From Patescibacteria group bacterium (GTDB taxonomy: Bacteria > Patescibacteriota > Minisyncoccia > Phycocordibacterales > Phycocordibacteraceae), in assembly GCA_040388985.1 (NCBI GenBank), contig JAZKAU010000002.1:420114-484113 (forward strand): DNA of 64,000 nucleotides, in the 5' to 3' direction. A program made the translations under genes and the position numbers. Positions within the stretch are counted from its first letter, which is position 1. The number at the start of each line of letters is the position of its first letter. Positions 60,306 through 64,000 of this stretch are shown here, one piece after another. Under the pieces are notes generated by a model. It was not told where the DNA came from. It did not search any database and was given only the letters and a program-made list of their open reading frames with translations.

Positions 60306-61487
60306 ATTCATGAGTCTCAGATTCCCGTCCGCACGCAATTCTTGAGGGTCCGCAAACTCTTTTCGAAGGGCATGAAAATAGCCCGCAAGACCTATCATCA
60401 CGGCATTATCGGTCGCAAGATTAAAAGGAGGTATACGGAGCGCCACGTCAGGATGTTCGTCCTTAATCTTCTCTTCGAATACGCGCCGTATATGGAGATT
60501 CGCAGAGACCCCGCCGCTTACCACGAGTGTTTTCGCCCCGGTCTCTCTCAGGGCAGCATCTGTCTTTGACCAGAGTACGTCAGCAGCTGCGTCTTCGAAT
60601 TCAAGAGCCATGTATTCTTTATCGGTCTGGCTGATGTCCGGATTCTTCTTAAGAAGATAGAGTACGGCAGTCTTGAGACCCGAGAAGGAAAAGTCATTCG
60701 TTCCGGACTTGATCATCGGACGCGGAAGCGTATACGGATTCTCTCCGCCTCTCCCACGTGCCACCTCTGCCAGCCGCGATATCTCAGGACCTCCGGGATA
60801 GGGGAGTCCGAGCATCCGGGCTACCTTATCGAAGGCTTCGCCAACGGAGTCGTCGAGCGTGCCGCCGATAGTCGCATACGAGAGCCAGTCGCTCATGAGT
60901 ACGAGATCCGTGTGGCCGCCTGCGATGCCGAGCGCGAGCAGAGGAAGTCTAGGCTCTTCGACAAACAGGTCTCCGTCCTCGTCTTTCGCGATCGCGGAGA
61001 CGATATGTCCTTCAAGGTGATTCACCGCTATGAGCGGCTTGTTCCAGGCGAGTGCGAGCGCCTTCGCGAAATTCACGCCTACCCAGAGCGCAGGTTCAAG
61101 ACCGGGGCCTGCCGTGACGGCGATAGTATCGATATCCGGCGTTTCCATCTCGAGGACTGACGCGAAGAAAAGTTCCGTAAGGCCGGGCTCGCGCTCAAGC
61201 ACGGTCGCGATAGCCTCATGTACTACTTCTGGCATGCTCTGCGTATCTTCGCGTAGCATCTGTGCTTCCGCGAGCGCGGCTTCAAGGAGCGGCACCAGAT
61301 TCTTCGCGTGTTCGCGCTTGGCCATCATCGGGTAGACGCCGCCGTACTGGGCGTGCAGCTCTATCTGCGAGAGCAGCGCATTTCCGAGCACGGCGAAGCG
61401 CGCAGCATTTCCTTCACCCGTTGATTCGCATTCCAGTAGTGCGACCGCGGTCTCATCACACGAAGTCTCTATCGCAAGGAGTTTCAT
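60294..61487 (-). CDS. tsaD: tRNA N6-adenosine threonylcarbamoyltransferase TsaD
   Basis: LAIETSCDETA, HLEGH, GEAFDKVAR.LGLPYPGGP, FSFSGLKT, TDNAVMI. Confidence 0.96.
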   Translation of the reverse strand: MKLLAIETSCDETAVALLECESTGEGNAARFAVLGNALLSQIELHAQYGGVYPMMAKREHAKNLVPLLEAALAEAQMLREDTQSMPEVVHEAIATVLEREPGLTELFFASVLEMETPDIDTIAVTAGPGLEPALWVGVNFAKALALAWNKPLIAVNHLEGHIVSAIAKDEDGDLFVEEPRLPLLALGIAGGHTDLVLMSDWLSYATIGGTLDDSVGEAFDKVARMLGLPYPGGPEISRLAEVARGRGGENPYTLPRPMIKSGTNDFSFSGLKTAVLYLLKKNPDISQTDKEYMALEFEDAAADVLWSKTDAALRETGAKTLVVSGGVSANLHIRRVFEEKIKDEHPDVALRIPPFNLATDNAVMIGLAGYFHALRKEFADPQELRADGNLRLMNRGF

Positions 61488-61490
61488 CAG

Positions 61491-62330
61491 CTACGACTTA
61501 GATTTCCAGGGTATGGGAGTTCCCCATAGTAGAGAGAAGGCCGCCGCATAGGGATGGCCGTTGCCGCCGTACTTGCGCGCAAGCGCCGACACATCGGTAG
61601 TGCCGTCGCTCCGCAACGAGACGCGGACTCCCCAGGTATGTACGCTTGCGATAAGCGCTATAGGCGGGAGTTTTAATGATAGTTTATTTCCTACCGGCGA
61701 GACGAACTGTTTCGAGCATGAAGCGAGATAACACTCATATCCTTCAAATTCGATAAGCTCGGCCTGCGCCATGATCTGTGCGACGATTATCGATTTGTAT
61801 TCGGCATATACTCGCCCGTGCTCTATGATAGTCTCTCGTTCATGAGGATCCTCCATCTGAGCCTCGAGCGATTCCCACTCAAAGAATGTCTGAGGCCGCG
61901 TATAGAGATATGCGAGCGCTGATTCCGTATCGGGAAGGTCGGATCGATAGAGATCGCCCTGCTCTACGTACTGCAAGAGCATCGGTACGTTCGATTCAGG
62001 ATGGAAGTATTTCCAAGATATGACTGCGCCTGAGTGATCGCTCGTATACCGGTACTCTGGCATAGAAATAATGACATCTTCCACACCCTCGTGATGATCG
62101 AGTACGGTAACCGAAGCAGCCTCAGCTATATAGCGATCCATGATATCTTTCGGGTAGCAGAAGTCGACGAAGTAGAGATGGGCTCCTTCGAAGCCGGTAG
62201 GCGGTTCGATATCCCGCGACAAGGGAATATACTCAGCGCTATCGCCGAGCTTCTTCCAGGCAGCGTAGGCGCCGCCGAAGCCGTCAGGACAGTTGCCGTG
62301 ATAGAGGATGACGGTGCGGGGAGGTTCCAT
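61491..62330 (-). CDS. DHH/DHHA1 family phosphoesterase
   Basis: YHGNCPDGF, VDF, LDHH, SLRS, GGNGHPYAA. Confidence 0.88.
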   Translation of the reverse strand: MEPPRTVILYHGNCPDGFGGAYAAWKKLGDSAEYIPLSRDIEPPTGFEGAHLYFVDFCYPKDIMDRYIAEAASVTVLDHHEGVEDVIISMPEYRYTSDHSGAVISWKYFHPESNVPMLLQYVEQGDLYRSDLPDTESALAYLYTRPQTFFEWESLEAQMEDPHERETIIEHGRVYAEYKSIIVAQIMAQAELIEFEGYECYLASCSKQFVSPVGNKLSLKLPPIALIASVHTWGVRVSLRSDGTTDVSALARKYGGNGHPYAAAFSLLWGTPIPWKSKS

Positions 62331-62371
62331 AGGTTTACTGTATCGGTTTCAAAGTATAGTGGAAAGAGGAC

Positions 62372-62489
62372 GGGATTCAGCCGCAGTCACTAACTCGCTA
62401 CGCTCCTAAGTGCTGCCGGCCCCGGCTCGCCGACAAGCACTCGAGGACTCGTCTTGTATACCGGCTCCGCCGTTCGAATCCCTCACCGC
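62372..62489 (-). repeat. tRNA-linked structured element family B, Val copy
   Basis: 18-nt antisense of the tRNA-Val 3' end (62472-62489); 62423-62477 is the exact reverse complement of 51966-52020; short sense copy GAATCCC (62378-62372). Confidence 0.88.
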
Positions 62490-62537
62490 TGGTAAAACAA
62501 TACTCGAAAACGGTTCCCGTTTTCTCGTTTGTTTTTG

Positions 62538-62610
62538 TGCGCGGTGAGGGATTCGAACCCCCGACATCGTCAACGTCAATGACGCGCTCTACCAACTGAG
62601 CTAACCGCGC
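62538..62610 (-). tRNA. tRNA-Val(GAC)
   Basis: GCGCGGTTAGCTCAGTTGGTAGAGC, CGTCA-TTGACGT-TGACG, GGTTCGAATCC. Confidence 0.95.
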
Positions 62611-62738
62611 TGTAAGAGCCAGGATACCGCATATCGTCTCCATTTTCAATTCAACGGAAGGGTTCTCAAGGTCGCTTGCAATACCGGCTGATTGCGATAC
62701 ACCTAATAGCAGGAAACCTGTTCTGAGAGGAATTGTTC

Positions 62739-63029
62739 ATGAACGCGATGCTGCTTTTGTGCCGTCTGCGGCGCATGAGTATCGCGCTCATCGACGCGAT
62801 ACTCTGGATGCTCGGTCCTCCTTCCGGTGCCTTCTTCGCGATTGGAGGCTTGATGCTTTTCGGTAAGCGATACGACATCACGTTGTATATGACTTTCACG
62901 AGGAATGCATACGAGCGGATATATATCCTCATGGGCGCGCTGTACGTCCTGTGGATCACTGCTCTGGGCTGCTGGCTGCTCTCGCGGATATTGCGTCGAA
63001 TGACCGGAGGAAGACTGAACGGGAAATAG
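62739..63029 (+). CDS. Small hypothetical membrane protein (ORFan)
   Basis: GAGG SD, hydrophobic segments, downstream hairpin AGCCGCTGGTC...GACCAGCGGCT. Confidence 0.5.
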   Translation: MNAMLLLCRLRRMSIALIDAILWMLGPPSGAFFAIGGLMLFGKRYDITLYMTFTRNAYERIYILMGALYVLWITALGCWLLSRILRRMTGGRLNGK

Positions 63030-63116
63030 CCGCTGGTCCAGCGTGACCAGCGGCTTCGGCGTATCGTATCTTTTCCACACCGTCCTCCTTAGGGTGGTGC
63101 GGTATACCTAACCTAT

Positions 63117-63818
63117 ATGCAAACCATCATCCATCATGCAGAAGACCGCGGAAAAGGCGACTACGCTTGGCTTACTACGCGGTACAGCTTCAGCTTCGCT
63201 AACTGGTACGACCCGAAGCGGCTTGGCTTCGGGGCACTCCTCGTGATAAACGACGACCGTATCGAGCCCGAGCAGGGCTTCGGTACGCATCAGCACGAGA
63301 ATATGGAAATAATCACCATAGTTACCAGCGGTACGCTTACGCACAAGGACAGTATGGGGAATGTCGGCACTATAGGCGCAGGAGAAGTACAGGTCATGTC
63401 TGCCGGTACGGGCGTCGCGCATTCCGAATATAATGCGTCCGAGACTGAGCCGCTCATGCTCTTCCAGATATGGATTCGTCCGAACGTCCGAGACGTAGAG
63501 CCGCGCTACGACCAGAAGCAATTCCCGACAGATACCCGAGGCTTCACGAAGCTCGTGGGGCCCGTCGGAAGTAGCGACAGTCTCGGTATCCATCAGGACG
63601 CCTATATAACGAGCGCGACCTTGGCAGCGGGTGATTCGCATACCTATGACATCCGTAAGGAGGGGAACGGCATATATGCCTTTGTCGTCTCAGGCACGCC
63701 TGCTATCGCAGGCGTGCCGCTCCGCGCGCGCGACGCACTTGGTATTACCGAAACCGACTCGTTTGAGCTTACAGCAGATACTCCGGCCCAAGTATTGCTT
63801 ATAGAAGTCCCTATATAA
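63117..63818 (+). CDS. Pirin family protein (YhhW-like)
   Basis: GFGTHQHENMEIIT, HKDSMGN, QVMSAGTGVAHSEYN, QIWI. Confidence 0.93.
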   Translation: MQTIIHHAEDRGKGDYAWLTTRYSFSFANWYDPKRLGFGALLVINDDRIEPEQGFGTHQHENMEIITIVTSGTLTHKDSMGNVGTIGAGEVQVMSAGTGVAHSEYNASETEPLMLFQIWIRPNVRDVEPRYDQKQFPTDTRGFTKLVGPVGSSDSLGIHQDAYITSATLAAGDSHTYDIRKEGNGIYAFVVSGTPAIAGVPLRARDALGITETDSFELTADTPAQVLLIEVPI

Positions 63819-63867
63819 ATAGTGAAGACGCGGCTTGTGGCCGCGCCTCCAGGTTTTGTAGTCGCCG

Positions 63868-63999
63868 TTATGGTTCGGCGTCCTGTTTCTTGAGCCATCG
63901 CGAGAGATGCCACGCCCCGTAGAGGGCAAGAGCGACTCCCAGCCATTGGACCGGCGTGAGGTGTTCTCCGAGCAGAAGCGCAGCGCCCAGGATGACCGC
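63868..63999 (-). CDS. DMT/EamA-family transporter, C-terminal fragment (continues past the window; not in the ORF track)
   Basis: Manual translation AVILGAALLLGEHLTPVQWLGVALALYGAWHLSRWLKKQDAEP*; LGE....QWLG is typical of EamA C-termini. Confidence 0.7.
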   Translation of the reverse strand, partial: AVILGAALLLGEHLTPVQWLGVALALYGAWHLSRWLKKQDAEP

Positions 64000-64000
64000 G

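Overview
Bacterial chromosomal DNA, most consistent with a Patescibacteria/CPR (Parcubacteria-like) genome. This is inferred from gene content: short ValRS, DUF192/DUF2914/LemA-HtpX/PrsW/MurJ-type genes, no biosynthetic operons, tRNAs without encoded CCA, and core genes mostly lacking SD sequences. Housekeeping genes include lexA/umuD-like + Y-family polymerase, MFS and RND efflux, mltG, typA, a DEAD-box helicase, msrB, bcp, nth, mutY, alkB-like, rnj, secG, groES/EL, lemA, htpX, murJ, lepA, valS and tsaD. RNA genes are 5 tRNAs (Ser-GGA, Gly-CCC, Arg-CCT, Phe-GAA, Val-GAC), RNase P RNA and a probable 6S RNA. The most interesting signals are non-coding. (1) A conserved structured element downstream of three different tRNAs whose flanks are an antisense and a sense copy of that particular tRNA's T-arm/acceptor 3' end. 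(2) Ten dispersed, mostly ~125-bp hairpin repeats with conserved internal loops and covarying stems, sitting at gene junctions. (3) A free-standing LAGLIDADG endonuclease that appears to have inserted into the 5' end of lepA and supplied a replacement start, leaving the old start stranded upstream. (4) Long perfect palindromes and several structured leaders. Functional names come from recognised motifs only; no database searches were run.
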